Shown one piece after another: positions 52,919 to 64,000 of a stretch of DNA of 64,000 nucleotides. Positions within the stretch are counted from its first letter, which is position 1; every line of letters starts with the position of its first letter. A program made the translations under genes and the position numbers. This DNA is from Paraspadella gotoi (Eukaryota; Animalia; Chaetognatha): contig CM119267.1 of the NCBI GenBank assembly GCA_051294375.1, positions 16,093,454-16,157,453 of the forward strand. The letters run 5' to 3'. Under the pieces are notes generated by a model. It did not search any database and was not told the origin of the DNA. It saw nothing but the letters and a program-made list of their open reading frames with translations.

Positions 52919-54579
52919 AAAAGAAATAAGAGAAAAAAGAATAGAGAAATGACAAAATAATCTCGACGGAAAAAAAAGGTCGTTGACTGAGACTCCAATA
53001 CATTAACGCGGTTGCCAAGCATTCCCGCTTGGATCATCTCCAGTTTGTCAGTTTAAAAATCTCCTGCATGCCACGCATTGTCCGGTCACGTCGTACCATG
53101 TCCGACTAGAGACTCGCTATCATTCAGATTCGGTAATAAGAAATCTCTAGGCGATAAAAACTCAATCCAAGTTTCATTGTTTTTTACCGTCGGTGAAAGT
53201 TTAAAAGTTGTCCTTAATTTTTGAGCCAACAATTCGAAGCGAAATATAATCAGGTTCGTTTGTTGGCTCGAATTGGGAAAGTTTAAAGAATGAAAAAAAA
53301 AAGAAGAAAGTTTGGAAGGTGAGAGTCATAAAATTACATAGTTCAAATATATCGATAGGGCATATAACAGGGACCAACAGCATTGAAAGCGATGCGAAAC
53401 ACCCTATGGAGTTAAAAAGAAGACTCAAGGATATAATGATAGAATTGAATACAAGCCTACTTATACAATATACAGTTATACATATACCGAAAATATANNN
53501 NNNNNNNNNNNNNNNNAATATACAGTTATACATATACCGAAAATATATAATAAATTGTTAGACAATATTAAACACAAAGGCAGTGGGAGAATGAGAAGCT
53601 GCTAAAAATTGAAATCCAACGATCAGAAGAGAAAGGATTCGTTGCCAGGAAACGACGATGAAACCGACGTCGATTTCGACGACGACGACGACGACGACAA
53701 AGTCTACGACGATGATATTGCCAATTTTGGACAAAAAAACTCAATGCAAGTCTAACGAACGCCCCTTGGAAATAGGGGGTGGGGATAATGGGGGGCGGGT
53801 ATTCGATCATGAGCTCCGGTTTAAGTTTAAATGAATAAAACATCTATTTTCGGAAACAGCATCGAGCTATCCGCTGCGTCCGTAGAAACCGTTTTTTGAA
53901 GTGAACTTCTTCCGTTCGTTCTTATAACCACTCTCTCGATCTCTGTTTTTTTCTTCTTCTTCTCTCTCCTACCATCTCTCTCGTTCCGCTCATCTCGTCT
54001 NNNNNNNNNNNNNNNNNNNNNNNNNNNNNNNNNNNNNNNNNNNNNNNNNNNNNNNNNNNNNNNNNNNNNNNNNNNNNNNNNNNNNNNNNNNNNNNNNNNN
54101 NNNNNNNNNNNNNNNNNNNNNNNNNNNNNNNNNNNNNNNNNNNNNAAAAGGAAAAGAGATTAGAAATAAAGGAAAGAAAAAGGAAAGTTTGTCGTCTTCA
54201 TTCGTCGCGTCGATTTTTGCCAAAACGCAGACTCTTTCATTCCCGAATCCCCGGNNNNNNNNNNNNNNNNNNNNNNNNNNNNNNNNNNNNNNNNNNNNNN
54301 NNNNNNNNNNNNNNNNNNNNNNNNNNNNNNNNNNNNNNNNNNNNNNNNNNNNNNNNNNNNNNNNNNNNNNNNNNNNNNNNNNNNNNNNNNNNNNNNNNNN
54401 NNNNNNNNNNNNNNNNNNNNNNNNNNNNNNNCTCTCTAAATTTTAATCAACTTGTCTCTTCTTTCAGGTCGCCCCATCATTAACCTCGTTCACTCACCGA
54501 CGTCTCGCGTTCAGGACGGAAATCTTTTTCGTTTTTTTTTTAAATTTCGTCAAGGAGATTTTTCCTGCATTGATACGGC

Positions 54580-55150
54580 AATCGATTCCATGTGTGGCAT
54601 CTGATTACATCCTCGGTGTTTGATTCCATCAGCGGTGCTCCATTTGTAACTCTCGCGGTTTCTGAGTAGAAAAAGCATAGGACAAGCTTTGGTCGGCAGT
54701 AGTATGCGGAAGGCCAATTGTCCGGCCAATTTAATGCACAACTGAATAGTAAGACAGGGTCACCTGGAAATAGCACGGAATATCAAAGCCTTCACTGGTC
54801 ATAAAATGTAATCAAGTAAACGTAATACAAAAACCAAAGAGCAACAGGAAATAAAACTGTAAAGCAAAATGAGGCACGAATCATAAGTAAAGCACATACT
54901 ATAAAATAAACATAGTAGTAAATGAACCAAATATAAATGTCTATGAGTGAATCGCAGATGAACGAAGGCAGAGGATCCTGAAAGAGAAGGAATAAACGTA
55001 ACCGTAACACATTCCATCTGTGATGCTTGATTCCATCTATGAAGCTTAATTTCATCTGTAGTGCTCTATTCTATCTGATTACGTCTGCGGCTCTCAATTC
55101 CATCCGCGCTGCGGCGTTCATTCAACCTGTGGCGCTCTAGATTCCATCTC
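54580..55150. repeat. Degenerate ~19-bp tandem repeat (ATTCCATCTGTGGCGCTCG-like) in two blocks
   Basis: Blocks at ~54580-54660 and ~55010-55150, separated by ~350 bp of unrelated unique sequence. Confidence 0.6.
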
Positions 55151-56178
55151 CGTCTTTTCTCTACATCTCTTTCACCTTCCCCTGCTTGTTCCATCCCGAT
55201 TCCATTTCCATTATGTTAAAAACTTCGTCAACAACAAACTCTTTCCGATTTCCAATAACAACCTTAAATTCTCAGAACTGATCTCTCTAAACCTTCACGT
55301 TAAGTGAACCGCCACTCAATTCCAGGTAAGGGCGACCTTTTAAACCGAATTCGATTCGGGTCAATTCCCGAAGACCTCGTGGAAACAAACCATCCCGGAT
55401 CGGGACATCTTCCCCAGTGAGCCCATTACATTGGCCCAAACATCCTTGTTCCATATAGAACCATTAGAACCTCCCATTCACATCATATTCAAAAGCATAC
55501 ATTTTTATTTTCGTTATCATTTCATTAAACGTAAAATTAATTTTTAATTTTATTTTATAATTTAATAGTTTGTGCTACTGCCTCGATTTGTAAGGAACTT
55601 TGTAATGGTTGGAGTCGAATTGCCGACGCTGCATTTAATTTCAACCTTTAGCACGTTTCAACACTCCCGTTAACTCCTCGATTCACACTCACCCCCCCCT
55701 CCCTCCCACCTCCCCCACCCCTTCACCCCATTTCCACCCCGACCGATTCGGCGTCGCCCATTTCCAAAACCTAAAAACAAATGCATCCGAAATCAGGGAC
55801 AAAAACAAAGGAAACGATTCTCAAATAGAAAGAGATAGAGTTTCTTTCACTTTGCTTCGTCCGTCTCGTCGTCGTGTCGTCGTCGTCGTCCCGTTATGGC
55901 GCGCAAAATGTTTGTCGCGATTTTGGTAATTTAAGATGGGCTCACAAAGAACCGGCGGGGCCTGGGATGAAAAGACACATGATTATAGACGGAGAGCCGA
56001 AGAGAGAGAAGAGAGAGAGAGAGAGAGAAGAGAGGAGAGAGAGAAGAGAGAGGGGAGAGAGAGTTTTTTGTTATTGCTTCGAAAGAGAAAGTAATGGGCA
56101 AGCACGAACGAGTTGTTTACGGTAATACATATAAGAGATGAAAGCCGTCAGGCTTAGATTTATTCAGGCATAAATTTT

Positions 56179-56234
<56 letters not shown>

Positions 56235-56299
56235 AGAGAGAGAACGAGACAAGAGAGAAGAGAGAAGAGAGAAGGAGAGAGAGAAGAGAGAAAGAGAAG

Positions 56300-57460
56300 G
56301 AGAGAGAAGAAATTTAGGAACATAGGTTTTTTTTTCATAATTTAAAAAAAAAAGATACTTTTCACCCCCTAATTTTCGCCGTATTAAATTGTGAAGAAAA
56401 CAAAAAACAAAAAATTTTGGTGATTCTTTTTTTTTATTTAGTTGATACAATTTGCTAAGTATTAAGCTATGAAAATATGAGTTGACGGACGAGTTCTCGA
56501 AGAATTTCAGGGCTGAAGCTTTTTCGGCGAATTTTTTTTTTTATTTGAAAGTCTGGATTTTGGGTTCGCTGTATTCATTTCATAGACGCGGAAGTGCAAG
56601 TGCGAGGAAAACGAGGAAAAAAGGAAAGGAAGGCAAAAAAAGGAAAACAGTCAAAAAATACTGGGTGAAAAGAAAGAAACGGCCTTAAATATTATTGGCG
56701 GAAGGCTAGAGATAACTAAAGAGAAAAAGGAAAAAATAAGTTTCAAAACATTCGAGAGTCTGCCGATGAAAAATAGAAGAGACTAAATAGTAATAACAGC
56801 TAAATGAAAGAAAGAATGCATCTTTAAAATTTAAATGGAATAGAAAATTAGGCGTAAAAATAAACAAAGGAAAGGGAAAGCGGTGTCAAANNNNNNNNNN
56901 NNNNNNNNNNNNNNNGAGAGAGAGAGAGAGAGAGAATTTAGGAACATAGTTTTTTTTTCATAATTTAAAAAAAAAAAGATCTTTTCCCAAATTTTCCGTT
57001 TAATTGTGAAGAAAACAAAAACAAAAATTTTGGTGATTTTTTTTTTTATTTAGTTTGATACAATTTGCTAAGTATTAAAGCTAAGAAAATATGAGTTTGA
57101 GACGAGTTTCGAAGAATTTTCAGGCTGAAGCTTTTTCGGCGAATTTTTTTTTTTTTGAGTCTGGATTTGGGTTCCGTATTCATTCATGACCGGAAGTGCA
57201 ATGGAAGGAAAACGAGGAAAAAGGAAAGGAAGGAAAAAAAAGGAAAAGCAAAAAATACTGGGGAAAAAAAAGAACGTAAATATAGCGGGAGGTAGAGATA
57301 AAAGAGAAAAAGGAAAAAAATAAGTTCAAACATCGAGATCGATGAAAAATAAGAAAGACTAAATAGTAAATAAAGCTAAACTGAAGAAAAATGATCTTTA
57401 AAAATTTAATGAATAGAAAATTAGCGTAAAATACAAAAGGAAAGGGAAAGCGGTGTAAAA
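56300..57460. repeat. ~550-590 bp duplication across a 25-N gap (probable assembly overlap)
   Basis: 56300-56890 matches ~56925-57460; both end aagggaaagcggtgt. The second copy is deletion-rich, and the gap 56891-56915 is exactly 25 N. Confidence 0.85.
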
Positions 57461-57547
57461 TTTCGAAGAAAAGATAGGAAAAGAGAGAGAGAGGGGAAGT
57501 TGTGAAACTGGGAGAGAGAAACAAGAAAGGTAAGAAAGAAATAAAGG

Positions 57548-57770
<223 letters not shown>

Positions 57771-57891
57771 GAAAAAATGAAAGAGCTTTAGCCCTCGCAG
57801 TTTAAAAAGTCCCGCGATGTGGAGGGAAAGAAACGACGTTGTTATCGTGAGAAGTGGTTGGCTCCAGCTGACTTGGAAAATGCCAAAGGAG

Positions 57892-57937
<46 letters not shown>

Positions 57938-60352
57938 GAGAGAGAGACAGAGGAGGAGAGAGAGAGGAGAGGGAAGAAGGAGAGAAGAGAGAAAAGAGAG
58001 TATTTTCAAATTCCGCCTGGAAGAATAACTATTTGAAAAAGATACACAGTAGGANNNNNNNNNNNNNNNNNNNNNNNNNNNNNNNNNNNNNNNNNNNNNN
58101 NNNNNNNNNNNNNNNNNNNNNNNNNNNNNNNNNNNNNNNNNNNNNNNNNNNNNNNNNNNTGAGTTTGTGTGTGTCTGTGCCTCTTAATTTTTAGCACTGT
58201 TTGGTCGCTCCCTCCTCGTTTCATTAGGGATGCCTCATCGCCGATTCTCCATCGAATCCGAGAGGGAAGGGGGAGATGGGCGGAGGGTAAAGTGGATCGT
58301 ATGGGTAAAGGGGGAAGGGAAAAAGAGAGAAAGGGGCAAAGGGGGGAAAAAGACTTGACAACAATATTTCATTCAATTACGCCTATAGGAGACCAATGTC
58401 GATGACGACGACAATACTAACGACGAAAATACTGATTTTTTTTTTCGGGGGACGAATGAAAGCCGAGTCTCACAGTTTTCTTTCCATTATTTTTAATTTA
58501 ACGTAACTTTAATAAAATCAATATATTTATAAAATTAAAATTCGGAGTTTTTTCCTTAGGTGAATTCACGAGGGGGGCATTAAAATTGATTACTATTATT
58601 ATGACCAATTTAAATATATTTAACAAATTTCAAATTCGAAACGACCACGCCTCTTCTCATTCGCGCCCCCCACCCGGACCCGAAATTCTTATGGCGTCGA
58701 TTGTTCGCTTCATCTGTTTTTCGAGAATTTCTAAGTGAAGATTGATGTCAGCGCCTCCGCCGCCGCCGCCGCTTCCGCCGCTTCCGCCGCTGCCGCAGCC
58801 GACGACGACGACCACAATGTTAGCGATGAAGATACTGCAATGATTACTAAGAAGGCGAAAGAGGAAACGGAAGAGAGAAGCGTCATGCATAGAAATCACC
58901 GAAACAACAAAAGATGCCGGCATCGATTCCAAACGGCTCTCAGTCTGCGAAGACCCCTTCCATCCCCCAATCCGGTGGCGTGTAGAAGGGGTAGAGACAT
59001 CCTCGTTAAAGCCGAGGGGCTCCTGGAAAGGGGGTGTGCCAGAGAAAAGGCCAGAGGGTGGGAAATTTTTGGGCGCAATTTGTCGTACCTGTTGGCTGAG
59101 AGGTTTATAAAGAGAACAAAAGTTAGTAAGAGTGTTAAATAGTTCAAGAGTAAAATTTCAAATTAAGTTAATATTACGCAAAACTATTATTACTTAATCC
59201 ATGGAAATTTAAGGGGGATCGACTGCCAAAATAAATTGTGCCATTTCTCAACACATCCCTGCCCCCGACGACGCCACCGTCATGATCCCCTTTTCTCTTT
59301 ACGCCTTCGCCAATACTTTTTCGCAATCGTTTCGAAGCCAATGCGTTGCCCCTCTCGGGCCTCTCACCCTCTTCGCGAAACGTCGGCTCGCTATAATTAG
59401 CATCAAACATAATTCCTTGTTTAAATACTACAAAGGATCGTTACATAAATATTCGCTTTGTTGCGAAAGAATGATACTGAAATTAAATTATAAAACATAG
59501 GAAAAAAATTTTTTGCTAGAAAAATTGTTAATGAATCAATAAATTTCGTTTTTGTATGGGGTTCTGACTTAAAACTCTCCCCTAAATAAATTACAATTTT
59601 TTTCGATAATTTAATCCTTTTGAAAAAAAAATTACAGAAAAATTAATATTTTTGTGTTATATTTAGCCTTTGTAACTACGCCTGAGAAATACCCTTCAAT
59701 GGACCCTGCAAAACATGAGTAGTTAAGAATGATGATGAAATCTTTACATTACTGGTATAACTACATATTAAAAATTCAGTCGAGATTATTTTGGTTTGGG
59801 GTCCTTCCTAATTCGTATTTTGTAAACCAAAAAGTCATCGCCGTCTGAATATTTTGTTTATTTTTACCAAACTTGACTGTATCGTCCCCGGGTCTCGATC
59901 CACTGACCTCTCGACCCTCGACCAACGACTTTTTTTTTTTACAAAATCATCGATTTCGAATGTTTTCACGCGTTAACCTTTTCTGCCGTGTCGTTCGAAA
60001 AAAAAAGGGAAACAATGTTTTGAGTTGATGTTTTTCGTCGTTATTGTTATTTTGACTCTCGGTTCATGTCGATCTGTTATCGTTCTCTTTGAAACGATTC
60101 GCCGAGTTGTTTCAGATTAACTTCGCCGATATCGTGGTTCTTAATGTCGCCGTTATCGGTGTCGTCGTCGTCGTGGTCGTCGTCGTCGTCCGAAGTAGTT
60201 TAGAGGAAAGATAGAAGTTCGCTTTTCGACTGATTAAAGCTTTGAAGATTCGAGATGAGGAGGAGGTGGAGTTAGAGGAGGAAATAGAAGGAAGAAGGAC
60301 GGAGGCACCAAAAAAAAAAGGAGAGGAGATAAGCTTAAGAGAAGAAAATCTG

Positions 60353-60397
<45 letters not shown>

Positions 60398-60411
60398 TGC
60401 GGCGGCGGCGG
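60353..60411. repeat. (GGC)n trinucleotide tract
   Basis: About 19 GGC units with one interruption. Confidence 0.95.
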
Positions 60412-62534
60412 AGTTGGCCCGGCGGAAGCTTCGGCACCAAGCCGGCGGCGAAAGGGAGCATCGAGAAATGAAAAAAAAAAAAGGAAAAAGAAAAAAGTAA
60501 AAGAAAAAAAAGCGGAATGAAAGGAAGAGGATTTTTGAAAAAAGAAGACGACGACGACGACGACGACGACGAGGGAGATCCCAGAGTTTGAAGGGCGATG
60601 GATCAGGGGGTGCAGGGAGTTAAAAGGAGATAGTGTTGGGGGGGGACACCACGGTATGGGGGCCTATGGCGCGGGATCAGGCCCTCCTCTTTTTGTTTTT
60701 ATCCTCTTTCCGGGCCGCGCCTCCCAAAGCTTCCGGCTTAGTTCTTTACCCCTCGTAATTGTGGTTAGATTAATGAAAAAAAAAATATTGTTCTTTCTTC
60801 TCTTCTCGTCTTTTCTTTCTTACCTTTTTTTCTGGTTTTCTTCAGATCATTCTTTGAGAAATGCTCTTTTGTTGGGGATTTTTTTTTGTTGCTTCGTTCT
60901 TTTTTTCTTTTTGAAACGACTGCCTTTCATCAAACATTTGTTTGTTACTTTCTTTCATTTTTTCTTTTCTTCCTTCCTTCTTTCTTGATGTCATTCCTTT
61001 CTTCTGTCCTTTCTTATTACCTTCTTTCCTTTCTTTCCTTCCTTCTGTCCTTCCTACCTTCCCTTCTTCTTTGCTTCCTTCCTTCCTTCTTTCCATTCTT
61101 CCTTCCTTCCTTTCTTCCTTCCTTCCTTCCTTTTTTTCTCCTCAAGTCATTTCCTCCTTTTTTCCCCAATTTTTGCTCTTTTCGGGTTTTGAAGGGTGTT
61201 TCGGTCTTTAAGTCTACTGGGGAAGAAGGGAACCCCGGAACGGGCTCGCGGAAATGAGGAATACGAAAGAGAGGGGGGCGGAGAGGGGGGGGGGAGATGA
61301 AGCCGAGAAAAAAAAATGTTGGCGGGATGCGACGAAATCCGCAGAAACTTTAAGAAAAAAAAAGCATAAAAAAGTTGCCGATGTATTCAATTGAAAATAT
61401 CGGCCTGCTGCGAAATAGTCGCCAAGGAAACGCGAAGTAGTATATTTCCTTTTCATCCTAAAAATTTTTCCTCTTTCCCCCCCTCCGGTTTTCTTCGGTC
61501 TTGCCAGACTGCGGGCAAGCGGATTTGCTTTCACTCCGTTTCGCTCGTCGTCGTCGTCGTCGTTGTTATTGTTGGTTTCATTTTTGCCGAGGCTGTGAAA
61601 GCGCAACTCGATGCTTGAAATGCTTTTCTCGAAACGTACATAGTATTAAAACCTGTTAACAGAATGTCACCAAAAGGAACTCGGAAACCTCTTCGGCCAA
61701 ACTGCGAGTTTGTAAAATTGTTACGAAATTGGGGACAATGAAATGAAATCCGGGGAAGAAGATATGAAGCAAATGTTTTATGACTCTAATATCGGCCGAT
61801 GAAGATTTTGAGAAGTTGGTTGAGGTTCAATCCTCCCAGGACTGTTGCTGGTTAAGGATGAGAAATACAACGTTACAAGCAATCTTATTTTTTCCTATTA
61901 GCGCCTTATTCCCGTATTGTTAATTGAAGTAAGTTCTAAAAATAGATTTTAGTTTTTTTTTCTCTACTCGTCTTCGTAGCCGTCGAGGCGTCTCTATAAC
62001 TTTAAAGATCGTTTTTNNNNNNNNNNNNNNNNNNNNNNNNNNNNNNNNNNNNNNNNNNNNNNNNNNNNNNNNNNNNNNNNNNNNNNNNNNNNNNNNNNNN
62101 NNNNNNNNNNNNNNNNNNNNNNNNNNNNNNNNNNNNNNNNNNNNNNNNNNNNNNNNNNNNNNNNNNNNNNNNNNNNNNNNNNNNNNNNNNNNNNNNNNNN
62201 NNNNNNNNNNNNNNNNNNNNNNNNNNNNNNNNNNNNNNNNNNNNNNNNNNNNNNNNNNNNNNNNNNNNNNNNNNNNNNNNNNNNNNNNNNNNNNNNNNNN
62301 NNNNNNNNNNNNNNNNNNNNNNNAGAGTCGTTAAAGTCTGACAATTAGATTCCGATAAAAAAAATATTATCATAGAACTTCGAGAGACGAAGAATTGTTT
62401 GGTTTTTTTTTTGCGGAAAAGCAGAAAATAAATATAAGTTAGTTTTTTCAATAAAGTTCAATCGTTCGGTCAAATGGGCGACGGAATGAATAAACGATCC
62501 CCCTCGAAGATCAAAGGGTCTTTTTTGGCGATGT

Positions 62535-63226
62535 NNNNNNNNNNNNNNNNNNNNNNNNNNNNNNNNNNNNNNNNNNNNNNNNNNNNNNNNNNNNNNNNNN
62601 NNNNNNNNNNNNNNNNNNNNNNNNNNNNNNNNNNNNNNNNNNNNNNNNNNNNNNNNNNNNNNNNNNNNNNNNNNNNNNNNNNNNNNNNNNNNNNNNNNNN
62701 NNNNNNNNNNNNNNNNNNNNNNNNNNNNNNNNNNNNNNNNNNNNNNNNNNNNNNNNNNNNNNNNNNNNNNNNNNNNNNNNNNNNNNNNNNNNNNNNNNNN
62801 NNNNNNNNNNNNNNNNNNNNNNNNNNNNNNNNNNNNNNNNNNNNNNNNNNNNNNNNNNNNNNNNNNNNNNNNNNNNNNNNNNNNNNNNNNNNNNNNNNNN
62901 NNNNNNNNNNNNNNNNNNNNNNNNNNNNNNNNNNNNNNNNNNNNNNNNNNNNNNNNNNNNNNNNNNNNNNNNNNNNNNNNNNNNNNNNNNNNNNNNNNNN
63001 NNNNNNNNNNNNNNNNNNNNNNNNNNNNNNNNNNNNNNNNNNNNNNNNNNNNNNNNNNNNNNNNNNNNNNNNNNNNNNNNNNNNNNNNNNNNNNNNNNNN
63101 NNNNNNNNNNNNNNNNNNNNNNNNNNNNNNNNNNNNNNNNNNNNNNNNNNNNNNNNNNNNNNNNNNNNNNNNNNNNNNNNNNNNNNNNNNNNNNNNNNNN
63201 NNNNNNNNNNNNNNNNNNNNNNNNNG
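62535..63226. other. Largest assembly gap (N-run); about 17 gaps in the window
   Basis: Other N-runs: 163-344, 803-1019, 1375-1666, 15048-15072, 15240-15544, 22748-22757, 27470-27494, 29475-29891, 36009-36033, 52253-52262, 53498-53516, 54001-54145, 54255-54431, 56891-56915, 58055-58159, 62017-62323. Confidence 0.99.
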
Positions 63227-64000
63227 GGGGGGGCGGAGCGAGGAGGCGTGGTCTCCGTCGTACACAGAGAAAAGTAAAGAATTCGAAGAAAAGACTCGAG
63301 AGAAAAGAAAGGAAAAAAAAGAGAGAGAGAAAAAAAGAGTGGAACTGAAAAGGAGTTAGAAAACAATTTAAAAAACAAGTCGGAGCTTAAAAAAAAAGAA
63401 ACGAAAAAAAAAAAGAAAAAAGGAGAAAAGAGAAAGAAGGAAGAAACAAGAGACTGAGTCTGTGGCGTCGCCCCATGGGGTGACACGCTTTGAGGTGCCA
63501 CTCTTGGTCTCCCTAGGAACCAATAAAAATCATCACGGCGTTGTCACTGCAATTAATCCGTGCCTTATAATTAAATCATTAAACCCTTACAATCGCATTT
63601 GTTTGGGCTTCTCATTTTATCACCAGAATCGATATTGAGAAAGTCCTTTTCTCTCCACTCGCTTTATTTAGTTTACATGGTCATTGGTCATGGCATTGCA
63701 GAATCATCGAGTCAACTCATCGCCGTTATCTCGTTTTTTTTTCCGTCTCTTTAGTGACGTTCTCAATCACAGAGTCATTGACCTCCTTCCATCTTTTATC
63801 TTCAACGTTCACCACAACTTCTCTTTAATCACACCATCTTGTAAATATTCTAAACATTTGTCGACCTACCTCACCCTATCCCATTCTCTACTATTTGAAA
63901 CATCTGTTGTCCTACCTCACCCTACTTCTTTCTTTACTATTTTAAACATCTATTGTCCTCCCTCACCCTACCCCATTCTCTACTAATTTTAACATCTGTT

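Noticed and set aside
58735-59142. 135-aa ORF with poly-Ala/Asp
   Set aside because: Starts at GTG, is driven by GCC/GAC microsatellites, and shows no domain or splice support.
59880-59930. tRNA-like B-box on the minus strand (gaggtcagtggatcgagacc); similar relic at ~41760-41830
   Set aside because: No cloverleaf or intact A-box; at most decayed tRNA-derived SINE heads.
61994-63501. Long ORFs of 116-343 aa
   Set aside because: Almost entirely N-gap translations.
63558-63570. GTGCCTTA (miR-124 complement)
   Set aside because: Seed-length match only, with no hairpin or full mature sequence.

Overview
Eukaryotic (animal, probably invertebrate) draft-assembly DNA. It is AT-rich, saturated with (GA)n/(TC)n, (CGA)n and (GGC)n microsatellites, and broken by about 17 N-gaps. 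I found no convincing host protein-coding gene, rRNA, tRNA or CRISPR array; nearly all ORFs in the track come from microsatellites, low-complexity sequence or N-runs. Supported content: (1) a 5'-truncated, frameshifted Penelope-like element on the minus strand (RT C-terminus plus GIY-YIG endonuclease, ~37650-38560) with tandem 3' repeats and an inverted terminal repeat carrying degenerate minimal hammerhead-ribozyme motifs; (2) a heavily decayed Ty3/Gypsy-like relic (~42050-47690, minus) interrupted by a hairpin-rich GC segment and a possible Polinton-type terminus; (3) Helentron/DINE-1-like non-autonomous elements, two short TIR elements and several mini/microsatellites; (4) a pre-miRNA-like hairpin at ~16.8 kb; (5) CpG-rich unique islands with YY1/Pho- and Hox-type motifs, possibly a developmental regulatory landscape (inference). 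Several local duplications with indel-rich copies next to exactly 25-N gaps look like long-read gap-filling artifacts. I do not see evidence for a clearly new biological system. The best leads are the hammerhead-bearing Penelope repeats, the miRNA-like hairpin and the structured insert in the Gypsy relic.
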